A stretch of 36,731 nucleotides of DNA. Source: Tubiluchus corallicola. Taxonomy: Eukaryota; Animalia; Priapulida. The position numbers and the translations under genes are program-made. This document shows, in pieces, positions 9,205 to 17,875 of the stretch. Below the pieces are notes generated by a model. The model had not been told where the DNA came from. It made no database searches and saw only the letters and a program-made list of their open reading frames with translations. Where the stretch lies: assembly GCA_030141605.1 (NCBI GenBank), contig JAQGDQ010002442.1, positions 1 through 36,731 on the forward strand, given 5' to 3'. Positions within the stretch are counted from its first letter, which is position 1; every line of letters starts with the position of its first letter.

Positions 9205-10356
9205 CTATCTACAATATCTTTGTATTTTAACATAAGCATCTTTGCTGCCCATATCCCCTGCCTTACTAAAATCCTCGCACGCTTTTTTCTTGTTGCCCAA
9301 ACGATATTCAACAAGCCCTCTATTAATAAAGGTTTCAGGATTTTTAGGGTCAAGCTCTATAGCTCTATTATAATCAGAAAGCGCATCTTGAAAATCTTTC
9401 ATATCATACTTTAAAACCCCTCTATTATGATACGCCGCGCCAAAGGTTGGGTCTATCTCTATGGCGCGATTAAAATCAGATAAAGCCCCAACTCTATCTT
9501 TTAAGTCTTGTTTTGCTATTCCTCTGTTATTGTAGGCACTGACTAATGTAGAGTCTATTTTTATTGCTTTGTTAAAATCAGACAAAGCATCGTATAATTT
9601 CCTTGAATTATATTTAGATATTCCAGTTTTATTATAATTTATAGCTTGAATCAATGTGTCATATGCACTTTTTTCTTTTACTTCTTTTCTTGTTCCTTCT
9701 TTTAAGTTAACAAGCAATCCCTCCTTCTTTTCTTCTTCCACTAGCATTACAGGCTCTTGTTCACCTTCTTTTTTTTTTTTCATCATAGAGTCATTTTGCA
9801 TTTTACTACTATCGTAAAACTCTGTTCTATATTGATTGCTTTGTTGCCAATAGCTAGCACTATTTGCCAACACCATATTAATATCATGCTGAATTTTTTG
9901 TTGTTGGGCATAAGTTAACTGCACTTGCCGCCTATTATTTGCCTCCATAATCATCCTTTGATTATACAAAGCCGCTCTATGTCTCTCTATTATCATTCTT
10001 GCTCTATTGATATCTTGCATTGCTCCATAAAAATCAAATAATCTATACTTTGCGATTCCCCTATTGTAATAAGCATCAGCATCAGTAGGATTTTGAATAA
10101 CTACTACTGTAAAATCATTTACTGCCCCCATGAAATTTTTCATTTCATACTTTGCTAAACCTCTATTATAGTAAACGTTGATAATTGTTGGATTAGTAGC
10201 AAGAATTTTATTGTAGAGCTTAATCGCCTTAGAATACTCCTTTGCCTTATGTAATGATAGGGCTTCTTTAAAAGAAGCATTTGCTTTATCATTTTTCTGA
10301 GCAACAACATACAACGATAATAATATGAAGAGTAATAATAATATACGCCTTTTCAT
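9205..10356 (-). CDS. Secreted tetratricopeptide repeat protein
   Basis: Likely start at ATG 10356 (MKRRILLLLFILLSLYVVAQ signal peptide). Two clusters of AY.NRG..K TPR repeats are separated by a Gln-rich, charged linker. Confidence 0.88.
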   Translation of the reverse strand: MKRRILLLLFILLSLYVVAQKNDKANASFKEALSLHKAKEYSKAIKLYNKILATNPTIINVYYNRGLAKYEMKNFMGAVNDFTVVVIQNPTDADAYYNRGIAKYRLFDFYGAMQDINRARMIIERHRAALYNQRMIMEANNRRQVQLTYAQQQKIQHDINMVLANSASYWQQSNQYRTEFYDSSKMQNDSMMKKKKEGEQEPVMLVEEEKKEGLLVNLKEGTRKEVKEKSAYDTLIQAINYNKTGISKYNSRKLYDALSDFNKAIKIDSTLVSAYNNRGIAKQDLKDRVGALSDFNRAIEIDPTFGAAYHNRGVLKYDMKDFQDALSDYNRAIELDPKNPETFINRGLVEYRLGNKKKACEDFSKAGDMGSKDAYVKIQRYCR

Positions 10357-10487
10357 ATTTGTTCTGATGTTTTTATTATTATATCCAAATTTAATGAGCA
10401 TGAATATATCTCTTACACAACATAAACGTCAAATATCATATTTTTGTCTATCTTTAAATGGACATTTTTTAATTTCAAACTTTTTTC

Positions 10488-10495
10488 TATCTTTG
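10488..10495 (+). promoter_or_regulatory. Putative -7 promoter element for ilvC
   Basis: TATCTTTG matches TAnnTTTG, 56 nt upstream of the ilvC ATG. No clear -33 element. Confidence 0.55.
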
Positions 10496-10551
10496 TGTAG
10501 CAAAATAATTAAGAATATTTACTATATTATCAGTCTTAAAATAAATAGAAG

Positions 10552-11598
10552 ATGGCAAAAATAAACTTTGGTGGAACAATAGAAGATGTAGTCACACAAA
10601 AAGAAGTTCCTTTATCGAAAGCACAAGAGATTTTAAAAGAAGAAACTATTGCAATAATAGGGTATGGAGTACAGGGACCTGGGCAAGCTCTTAATTTAAA
10701 AGATAATGGGTTTAATGTAATAGTAGGGCAACGAAAACCATCCAAATCGTATCAAAACGCTATAAACGATGGATGGAAAGCAGGTGAAACCCTTTTCAGC
10801 ATAGAAGAAGCCCTTGAAAAAGGAACTATTATTATGTATTTGCTATCAGATGCAGCCCAAATTCATTTGTGGGACACAGTAAAAAAACATCTTTTCAAAG
10901 GCAAAACATTATATTTCTCTCATGGCTTTGGTGTTGCTTTCAATGAGCAAACAGGAATAATTCCTCCTAATGATATAGACACAATATTAGTAGCTCCCAA
11001 AGGGTCAGGTACAAGCTTAAGAAGGCTTTTTGTAGAAGGCAAAGGGTTAAACTCTAGCTTTGCTGTCTATCATGATGCTTCTGGCAAAGCAAGAGAAAAA
11101 GCATTAGCCCTAGGCATAGGAATAGGTTCTGGATATTTGTTTGAAACTACATTTAAAAAAGAAGCATGTAGCGACCTTACTGGCGAAAGAGGTAGCCTTA
11201 TGGGTGCAATTCAAGGACTATTTGCAGCTCAATATGACATATTACGCAAAAACGGGCACTCTCCTTCCGAAGCATTTAACGAAACAGTAGAAGAATTGAC
11301 GCAAAGTTTAATGCCTTTGGTGGCAGAAAATGGCATGGATTGGATGTATGCTAATTGCTCTACTACTGCACAAAGAGGCGCATTGGATTGGTGGAAAAAA
11401 TTTAGAGATGCTATTTCTCCTGTTATGACTGAGCTATACGAAAGCGTAAAATCAGGTAATGAAGCAAGAATTTCTATTTCAAAAAATAGCGCACCAAATT
11501 ACAGAGAAAAACTTGAAAAAGAGTTAGAAGAGTTAAAAGAATCGGAAATATGGAAAGCAGGTGTAGAAGTAAGGAAATTAAGACCGAATGAGAATTAA
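10552..11598 (+). CDS. ilvC: Ketol-acid reductoisomerase
   Basis: IGYGVQGPGQALNL, FSHGF, VAPKGSG, SDLTGERG and CSTTAQRGA; Bacteroidota-type KARI. Confidence 0.97.
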   Translation: MAKINFGGTIEDVVTQKEVPLSKAQEILKEETIAIIGYGVQGPGQALNLKDNGFNVIVGQRKPSKSYQNAINDGWKAGETLFSIEEALEKGTIIMYLLSDAAQIHLWDTVKKHLFKGKTLYFSHGFGVAFNEQTGIIPPNDIDTILVAPKGSGTSLRRLFVEGKGLNSSFAVYHDASGKAREKALALGIGIGSGYLFETTFKKEACSDLTGERGSLMGAIQGLFAAQYDILRKNGHSPSEAFNETVEELTQSLMPLVAENGMDWMYANCSTTAQRGALDWWKKFRDAISPVMTELYESVKSGNEARISISKNSAPNYREKLEKELEELKESEIWKAGVEVRKLRPNEN

Positions 11599-11672
11599 TA
11601 TTTAAATAAAAACTACTATATTAGAATCAACATTTTTTTGTTATTTACTAACACTATTTAACCCATAAAGCT

Positions 11673-12770
11673 ATGAAAGTTGGCGTTCCAAAAGAAATTA
11701 AAAAAAGTGAAAATAGGGTTTCTTTAAACCCTGCCAGTGTACAAGAACTAAAAAAGCACAAGCATGAAGTGTATGTGCAAGCAACAGCAGGAAACAATAG
11801 CGGTTTCAGCGATGAAGAATACATTCAAGCAGGGGCAAAAATTGTTTCTTCTGCAAAAGAAGTTTACGACCGTGCTCAAATGATAGTAAAAGTAAAAGAG
11901 CCCATTGCCGAAGAGTATGCCTACTACAACGAAAATCATACAGTATTTACATATTTTCATTTTGCATCATCAAAAGAACTTACTGATGCAATGGTAAAAA
12001 GCAAGGCTGTATGCATTGCCTATGAAACAGTAGAGAAGCAAAACAAAGACCTACCTCTGTTAGTCCCCATGTCTGAAGTAGCTGGTAGAATGGCTGTGCA
12101 AGAAGGGGCTAAATATTTAGAAAAATCTATGGGAGGAAGAGGTGTTCTGTTAGGTGGAGTACCCGGCGTAAACCCTGCAAATGTGTTGATTCTTGGTGGA
12201 GGAGTTGTTGGAACACAAGCCGCCAAAATGGCTGCTGGACTAGGTGCAGAGGTTATTATTATGGATATAAATTTGGCAAGATTAAGATATCTTGCAGATA
12301 TTATGCCCGCCAATGTGAAAACTATTATGGCTAATGAGTATAACATCGCCAAACTCCTTCCATTGTGCGACTTAGTTGTTGGGGCGGTGTTAATAACTGG
12401 TGCTAAAGCCCCACGGTTAATCACAAGACCTATGTTAAAAAACATGAAGCCCGGCACTGTAGTTGTTGATGTGGCTGTTGACCAAGGCGGGTGCATAGAA
12501 ACATGCAAGCCAACAAGTCACGATGCTCCTACTTATGTAATAGACGATGTTATACACTATTGCGTTGCCAACATGCCCGGTGCTGTCCCATATACTTCTA
12601 CCATAGCTCTCACTAATGCTACCCTGCCATATGTAATAGAATTGGCAAACAAAGGATGGGAAAAAGCATGTGATGAAAACCGTGAATTAGAAAAAGGGTT
12701 GAATATTGTAAAGGGAGACATTGTATATGACGCTGTGGCAAAGGCATTTGATTATGCTACAGCAAAATGA
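11673..12770 (+). CDS. ald: Alanine dehydrogenase
   Basis: GVPKEIK..ENRV, KVKEP, PMSEVAGR, GGGVVG, DVAVDQGGC and YCVANMPGAVP motifs. Confidence 0.97.
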   Translation: MKVGVPKEIKKSENRVSLNPASVQELKKHKHEVYVQATAGNNSGFSDEEYIQAGAKIVSSAKEVYDRAQMIVKVKEPIAEEYAYYNENHTVFTYFHFASSKELTDAMVKSKAVCIAYETVEKQNKDLPLLVPMSEVAGRMAVQEGAKYLEKSMGGRGVLLGGVPGVNPANVLILGGGVVGTQAAKMAAGLGAEVIIMDINLARLRYLADIMPANVKTIMANEYNIAKLLPLCDLVVGAVLITGAKAPRLITRPMLKNMKPGTVVVDVAVDQGGCIETCKPTSHDAPTYVIDDVIHYCVANMPGAVPYTSTIALTNATLPYVIELANKGWEKACDENRELEKGLNIVKGDIVYDAVAKAFDYATAK

Positions 12771-12970
12771 TCTGCTGTTTTCGGTATTACAAAAAACAAG
12801 TAGCTATTAGCTCGCTTTCAATACCTTATTGAATAACTATATATGAGCCATTAGGGCTTATGAATATTTGTTATTGCACATTAAAAAAAATTTATCTCAT
12901 AATATATATTTTAATTCCCAATAAGTCGTTATTAAAACGTATTAGGCATTTCAGGGAATTAAAAAAATAA

Positions 12971-14227
12971 ATGAAAAAACAAAAAGTTTTATTTATCATT
13001 GGCAACGCTTATTTAAGAAGTAATGATATGCCTGATCGGCTTATACAACTTTCTCAAGCGTTATCTGCCAAAGTAGATTTACTTATTGCATGTCCAAACA
13101 CTTCTTCATTTAATGAATTGGTAGGATTGCCATTTTCCGAATTTATTTCTCCCCCAAAAGATTTAGAGTTTTTGCCTACACGAGATGAGATTCAAAATAA
13201 AATTAAAAATACCGCCTCTGCTATTGGTATTAACTACTACACAAATAATCCTTTTCTTTTAGATATTAGTAAGTACAATGCCAAAACATTCGACTTTACT
13301 AATGAAGAAGAAGTTTTATTTCAAACTCTACTGTTTATTCATCAACTAGAGAACTCTATTGATGTAAACTCTTTTGACGTTATTCATGTTCATGATTGGA
13401 TATCTTTGATTGTAGGAAGTTTTCTAAAAAAACAGTATAACAAAAAACTTATCCTCCATGCCTATTCATCAAATAACAACCACGAGCATAAAAAAATAAT
13501 AGAATTAGGAAAAAAACATATTCATACTGTTGATAGGCTAATCGCTACAAACAAAGTTGTAAAGCAACAAATCTGTAATCACTTTTCCTTTAATGAAAAC
13601 AAAGCTCTACAAATTGATTCGGGTATATGGCTTAAACTGACATATAAACAAGAGAAAATGTTTTCAGAAAAACTAATTACACTCATAGGCACTTCAACAG
13701 ATAAAGAATCTGTCCACTCCACATTAGAAATTATTTTTAATACATTTCGGCAGCACCCCAATGTAAGGTTTAATATTGTTAATTCAGATGCCGCACTGTT
13801 TAAATCTACAATAAATAGTCATAACCTCCTTCGGTGCTTAAAACCAATTATAAAATTTACAGAAATACCTATACAAAAAGACCTATTTCCGAACAAACAA
13901 ATCAATGAAAGCTTTGAAAACATATTGTCCACAACAGATATTCTTTGCGTTTTGAAAATAAATGGCTTTCACGAACAATTTGTTTTTGATGCTGTTCAAT
14001 TTGGAATACCTATCATAATGCCATCTGGCACAGAAGTAACTGAAATTTTAAAAGGAGTTCTAACATTTAAAAAATCAGACAACCGATCGGTTGTTAATCA
14101 TTTAGTAACACTGCTTACAGATAGAAAACTAAAAAAAGATGTTACAGAGCAGAATTATAAAGACTTGAACAAAATTACATGGAAAACAATAACATCTAAA
14201 ATATTGAAAGTATATAGTGAGGCTTAA
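12971..14227 (+). CDS. Glycosyltransferase family 4 (GT-B)-like protein with degenerate catalytic motifs
   Basis: FDVIHVHDW and AVQFGIP are present, with a GT-B-like C-terminus (ITWKTITSKILKVY). The canonical GR...K and E-P-F-G-x4-E motifs are replaced. Confidence 0.75.
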   Translation: MKKQKVLFIIGNAYLRSNDMPDRLIQLSQALSAKVDLLIACPNTSSFNELVGLPFSEFISPPKDLEFLPTRDEIQNKIKNTASAIGINYYTNNPFLLDISKYNAKTFDFTNEEEVLFQTLLFIHQLENSIDVNSFDVIHVHDWISLIVGSFLKKQYNKKLILHAYSSNNNHEHKKIIELGKKHIHTVDRLIATNKVVKQQICNHFSFNENKALQIDSGIWLKLTYKQEKMFSEKLITLIGTSTDKESVHSTLEIIFNTFRQHPNVRFNIVNSDAALFKSTINSHNLLRCLKPIIKFTEIPIQKDLFPNKQINESFENILSTTDILCVLKINGFHEQFVFDAVQFGIPIIMPSGTEVTEILKGVLTFKKSDNRSVVNHLVTLLTDRKLKKDVTEQNYKDLNKITWKTITSKILKVYSEA

Positions 14228-14345
14228 AGTCCAGTAGAAACCTCAACACCATCTTGAACAGACACAAAGAAGTGTTTTTTAAGGCTCACTAGTTATTTAA
14301 CACAACAGGAAGAAGTACCCCACAAAAAAATCTTACAACTGCATA

Positions 14346-14891
14346 CTAATTCTTTTGCATTTCTTTTATTTCTTCATATCCAGGAAAAAGATTTGGACTA
14401 ATATATAGTTTCTTCATTTCCTCAACTACATTTTGTATATTATAATAAGGGAAAGTGTCTGTTTGTGCAAAATAAGTATTTAGTACTTTAGCACCAAAAG
14501 CATTATTCCCCCTAAAACTAAATGCATATGTATAAGATGCTATTTCATTTTTTTTATCACCTAAAGAGTTCTCTATAGAATCAATTTTTTTAAGTATCTT
14601 TTTATAGTTATTTACTTTTTTGATATCTGATGATGTTTTATAGAATCGTAAAGATTGCTCATACGATAAGAATTTAAAATTTTCTTTTGTAGAATTTATA
14701 TTATCATTAAATGAAATTGAGTCTATTAATTCTAATTTGACAAATTCATAACTATCAGGGTCGTTCATTTGCGGTTTTATTAGCTCTTCTATATTTTTTA
14801 CTACTATTTCTTCTCTTGTTAATTGCTTATCACTACAATATGATAATAATGATACAATAATTGTTGTCATGAATAATGTTAATTTTTTCAT
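14346..14891 (-). CDS. Hypothetical lipoprotein
   Basis: Lipoprotein signal MKKLTLFMTTIIVSLLSY-C, with MNDPDSYEF and FRGNNAFGA motifs; 181 aa. Confidence 0.75.
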   Translation of the reverse strand: MKKLTLFMTTIIVSLLSYCSDKQLTREEIVVKNIEELIKPQMNDPDSYEFVKLELIDSISFNDNINSTKENFKFLSYEQSLRFYKTSSDIKKVNNYKKILKKIDSIENSLGDKKNEIASYTYAFSFRGNNAFGAKVLNTYFAQTDTFPYYNIQNVVEEMKKLYISPNLFPGYEEIKEMQKN

Positions 14892-14979
14892 AATCTTAGT
14901 GTTTATGTTCTATTAAAATGAAAATAAATTTATTTTGGAGGCACCTTTTTATGGGACCTGACTGAAACTGTTTTTGGTA

Positions 14980-14987
14980 CAAAAATA
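14980..14987 (-). promoter_or_regulatory. Putative -7 promoter element for the 14346-14891 lipoprotein
   Basis: Minus-strand TATTTTTG matches TAnnTTTG about 90 nt upstream of the ATG. The AT-rich context lowers its significance. Confidence 0.4.
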
Positions 14988-15025
14988 CAATAATAACTAA
15001 AAATTATAAACTATAACTACTTAAC

Positions 15026-16129
15026 TTACACAAGCTCTCCCTTTTGCAAACAATACATATCGTGTGCTATGTTATATTGCTGCAAAACATTTCGAATGCG
15101 TGTTTTATGTGTGTCTGTAATAAATATCTGTTCAAACTTCTTTTGACTTATAAGCTTCAAAAAATTCTTAATTTTGGTATCATCAAGTTTATCATAAATG
15201 TCATCAAATAGCAACAACGGCTTAAACTGCTTCTCTTGCAAAAAGATATCAAAATTTGTAATTTTCAAAGCCACCAAAAAAGTTTTCTGTTGCCCTTGTG
15301 AAGCAAATTTTTTCAAATCAAAATCATTCATCCTAAAAACAAAGGCATCTTTATGTGTCCCCACATTCGTACGTGCTGTGGCAACGTCTCTATCAAACGA
15401 TTGAAAAAAGAGATCTCTAAAATTAGAATTCAAAAAGCTTGATTGATATTCTACCACAATAGATTCTTGATGTTGTGACATGTTTTTATAATTCTCTTTA
15501 AGAAGGGGTAGATATTTTTTAATAAACTCTTTTCTTTTATTACAAATAACCTGCCCAGAAGAAAGGATGATTTCATCATAAGGAGCAAATAGGCTTTTAT
15601 CTACTACTTTTTGATTTTTTTCCAATATGTTTTTTAATAAGTTATTGCGCAATTTTAATGCATAATTATATCTCACAAGAGTGTTCAAATAAACCCTATC
15701 CAATTGGCACATAATATTATTAAAAAATTTTCTCTTCTCTTCATTACCCTCCTTGATGATAGAAACATCGTCAGGAGCAATTAATATTACAGGAAATTTT
15801 CCTACAATACTTTTCATTTTCACAACTTTCTTTTTGTCAAGCAGCACAGTTTTTCCTTTATTTAAAAAACACTGACACTGCAATGCATAAACATTCTCAT
15901 CGTGATGAAAAGAGCCGTTAATAACAAAAAAATTTTCATTTATTTTTATATTTTGAGCATCAATTGAATTAAAAGCACTTTTGGTAATACAAAGATAATG
16001 TATGGCATCAAGAAGGTTCGTTTTACCGCTGCCATTGTCGCCAACTATACAATTTACCTTGCCGAAAGAGCCTATTTTCAGCTTATTGTAGTTTTTAAAA
16101 TTTATTAAAGAAATATTTTCTATGTGCAT
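15026..16129 (-). CDS. recF: DNA replication/repair protein RecF
   Basis: NFKNY, Walker A GDNGSGKTNLLDAI, signature SQGQQK and Walker B LLLFDD. Confidence 0.95.
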   Translation of the reverse strand: MHIENISLINFKNYNKLKIGSFGKVNCIVGDNGSGKTNLLDAIHYLCITKSAFNSIDAQNIKINENFFVINGSFHHDENVYALQCQCFLNKGKTVLLDKKKVVKMKSIVGKFPVILIAPDDVSIIKEGNEEKRKFFNNIMCQLDRVYLNTLVRYNYALKLRNNLLKNILEKNQKVVDKSLFAPYDEIILSSGQVICNKRKEFIKKYLPLLKENYKNMSQHQESIVVEYQSSFLNSNFRDLFFQSFDRDVATARTNVGTHKDAFVFRMNDFDLKKFASQGQQKTFLVALKITNFDIFLQEKQFKPLLLFDDIYDKLDDTKIKNFLKLISQKKFEQIFITDTHKTRIRNVLQQYNIAHDMYCLQKGELV

Positions 16130-16145
16130 TTAATTTAATTTTTTA

Positions 16146-16153
16146 TACCTTTG
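16146..16153 (+). promoter_or_regulatory. Putative -7 promoter element for the TPR-menA unit
   Basis: TACCTTTG in the short divergent recF/TPR intergenic region. Confidence 0.6.
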
Positions 16154-16217
16154 CATTGAGAAATTGATTATTTCATTAAATCAAATTTCGCATAAATTTT
16201 AATTTATTAATATCAAC

Positions 16218-16925
16218 ATGAAGAAAAAACAGAATAAACCTACAAAAAGCGAAGTAAATTTGTTAGAAAGTTCCGAAGCATTAGCAGAAAAACTCTCTAA
16301 AACAGAGCATTTTATCGAAAAAAATAAAAGAACATTATTGGTTTCAGGCTCTATAATAGTAGTGCTTATTGCTGCCTTTTTCTTCTACAAGTACTTTATA
16401 ATGGAGCAAGAAAGCGAGGCACAAAGAGAAATGTTTCAAGCCGTGTATTATTTTGAAGCTGACAGTTTGGATAATGCACTCAATGGCGATGGCTATAATT
16501 TAGGTTTCTTAGATATAATAGATGACTATCCGATGACCAAAAGTGCCAATTTGTCTAATTTTTATGCAGGGGTGTGTTACTTAAAGCAACAAGAGTATGA
16601 AAGTGCTATAGAACACTTATCAGATTTTTCATCAAAAGACCTACTAGTTCAAGCCAGAGCCTATTCACTAATAGGAGATGCATATATGCAATTATCGTTA
16701 TTTGAAGACGCTGTTAAGCATTATAAAAAAGCAATAAAGCACCAACCTAACTCTGTTACAACTCCTCGATATTGGGTAAAAACAGCATTAGCACATGAGC
16801 AGCTTAACGATCTTACCTCAGCTATTGAATGCTATAATGCTATCATAAGTGACTATCCAAAATCAACTGAGTATAATGATGCTAAGCGAGAAAAAGCAAG
16901 GTTAGAAGAGCTAAAAAACATTTAA
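16218..16925 (+). CDS. Membrane-anchored TPR protein (conserved recF-divergent Bacteroidota gene)
   Basis: Single N-terminal transmembrane helix, ALNGDG...GFLDIIDDY motif and TPR helices. Confidence 0.88.
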   Translation: MKKKQNKPTKSEVNLLESSEALAEKLSKTEHFIEKNKRTLLVSGSIIVVLIAAFFFYKYFIMEQESEAQREMFQAVYYFEADSLDNALNGDGYNLGFLDIIDDYPMTKSANLSNFYAGVCYLKQQEYESAIEHLSDFSSKDLLVQARAYSLIGDAYMQLSLFEDAVKHYKKAIKHQPNSVTTPRYWVKTALAHEQLNDLTSAIECYNAIISDYPKSTEYNDAKREKARLEELKNI

Positions 16926-16948
16926 TCACACTTACATATTAGTAAAAG

Positions 16949-17848
16949 TTGAAAAAAATAAATATTTGGCTAAGTGCTTTGCGCTTGCATACCATTCCCT
17001 TATCATGCTCCGGTATTATTATGGGCGCATTTTTAGCATTGTACAAAGATAGCTTTGATTTAAAAATATTTATTTTTTGCCTACTAACAGCCATTGCCCT
17101 CCAAATATTATCAAACCTTGCCAATGACTATGGCGATTCTGTCAAGGGAGCAGATAATAAACTGAGAAAAGGGCCTTCAAGAGCTGTTCAGTTAGGGTTT
17201 ATTAGTAAAAAACAAATGATAGTGGGCATAATTATAGTCACTATTGTATGTTTAGCTCTAAGCCTCATTACATTATATATCTCTATTGGCTTCAATTACA
17301 GTTCCTTTCTATTTTTGCTGTTTTTAGGGATTTTTGCCACTATATCTGCCATCACTTACACAGTAGGAAAGCACGCATATGGATATATAGGATTAGGTGA
17401 TTTTTTTGTAATGTTATTTTTTGGATTAGTAAGTGTAATGGCTTCATATTATCTGTACACAAAAGCAGTTTCAACAGATACGATATTTCCCGCATTAAGT
17501 GTTGGTCTATTGTCTACAGGCGTTTTAAACATCAACAACATTAGAGATATAGAGTCAGATAGAGTTGCTCAAAAAAAAACTATCCCTACCCGCATTGGTA
17601 GAAAAAACGCAATTATATATCATTGGGCACTATTGATAGGCGCAGTGGTTTGTGCCTGCCTGTTTGTGATACAAAATTTCTCTTCTCCTATTCAATTTCT
17701 TTTTATCGTCAGCCTTCCTTTCATATATGACAACGGAGTTAAAGTAGCCCGTGCAAAAAATTCTTTAGAAGTCAATCCATATCTAAAACAATTATCTCTA
17801 ACCACACTGTTTTTCGTTATCACGTTTGGGGTAGGTATTGTGTTATAA
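16949..17848 (+). CDS. menA: 1,4-dihydroxy-2-naphthoate octaprenyltransferase
   Basis: TTG start. W..ALRL.T.P, NLANDYGD..KGAD and NNIRDIESD...KKT UbiA-family motifs, with multiple transmembrane helices. Confidence 0.95.
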   Translation: MKKINIWLSALRLHTIPLSCSGIIMGAFLALYKDSFDLKIFIFCLLTAIALQILSNLANDYGDSVKGADNKLRKGPSRAVQLGFISKKQMIVGIIIVTIVCLALSLITLYISIGFNYSSFLFLLFLGIFATISAITYTVGKHAYGYIGLGDFFVMLFFGLVSVMASYYLYTKAVSTDTIFPALSVGLLSTGVLNINNIRDIESDRVAQKKTIPTRIGRKNAIIYHWALLIGAVVCACLFVIQNFSSPIQFLFIVSLPFIYDNGVKVARAKNSLEVNPYLKQLSLTTLFFVITFGVGIVL

Positions 17849-17875
17849 CAATTATAATTTTCTACTATTTCTTCT

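Noticed and set aside
10357-10401. 15-aa N-terminal extension of the TPR protein in the ORF track
   Set aside because: The signal peptide begins at the ATG at 10356, so the upstream start is probably not used.
14224-14292. Short minus-strand frame (SLKKHFFVSVQDGVEVSTGL-stop) as a possible gene remnant
   Set aside because: Too short, with no recognisable homology.
14935-14975. GC-richer leader segment (CAGTCAGGTCCCATAAAAAGGTGCC on the minus strand) as a possible riboswitch
   Set aside because: I could not fit it to SAM, TPP, FMN, cobalamin or ZTP consensus structures, and pairing is minimal.
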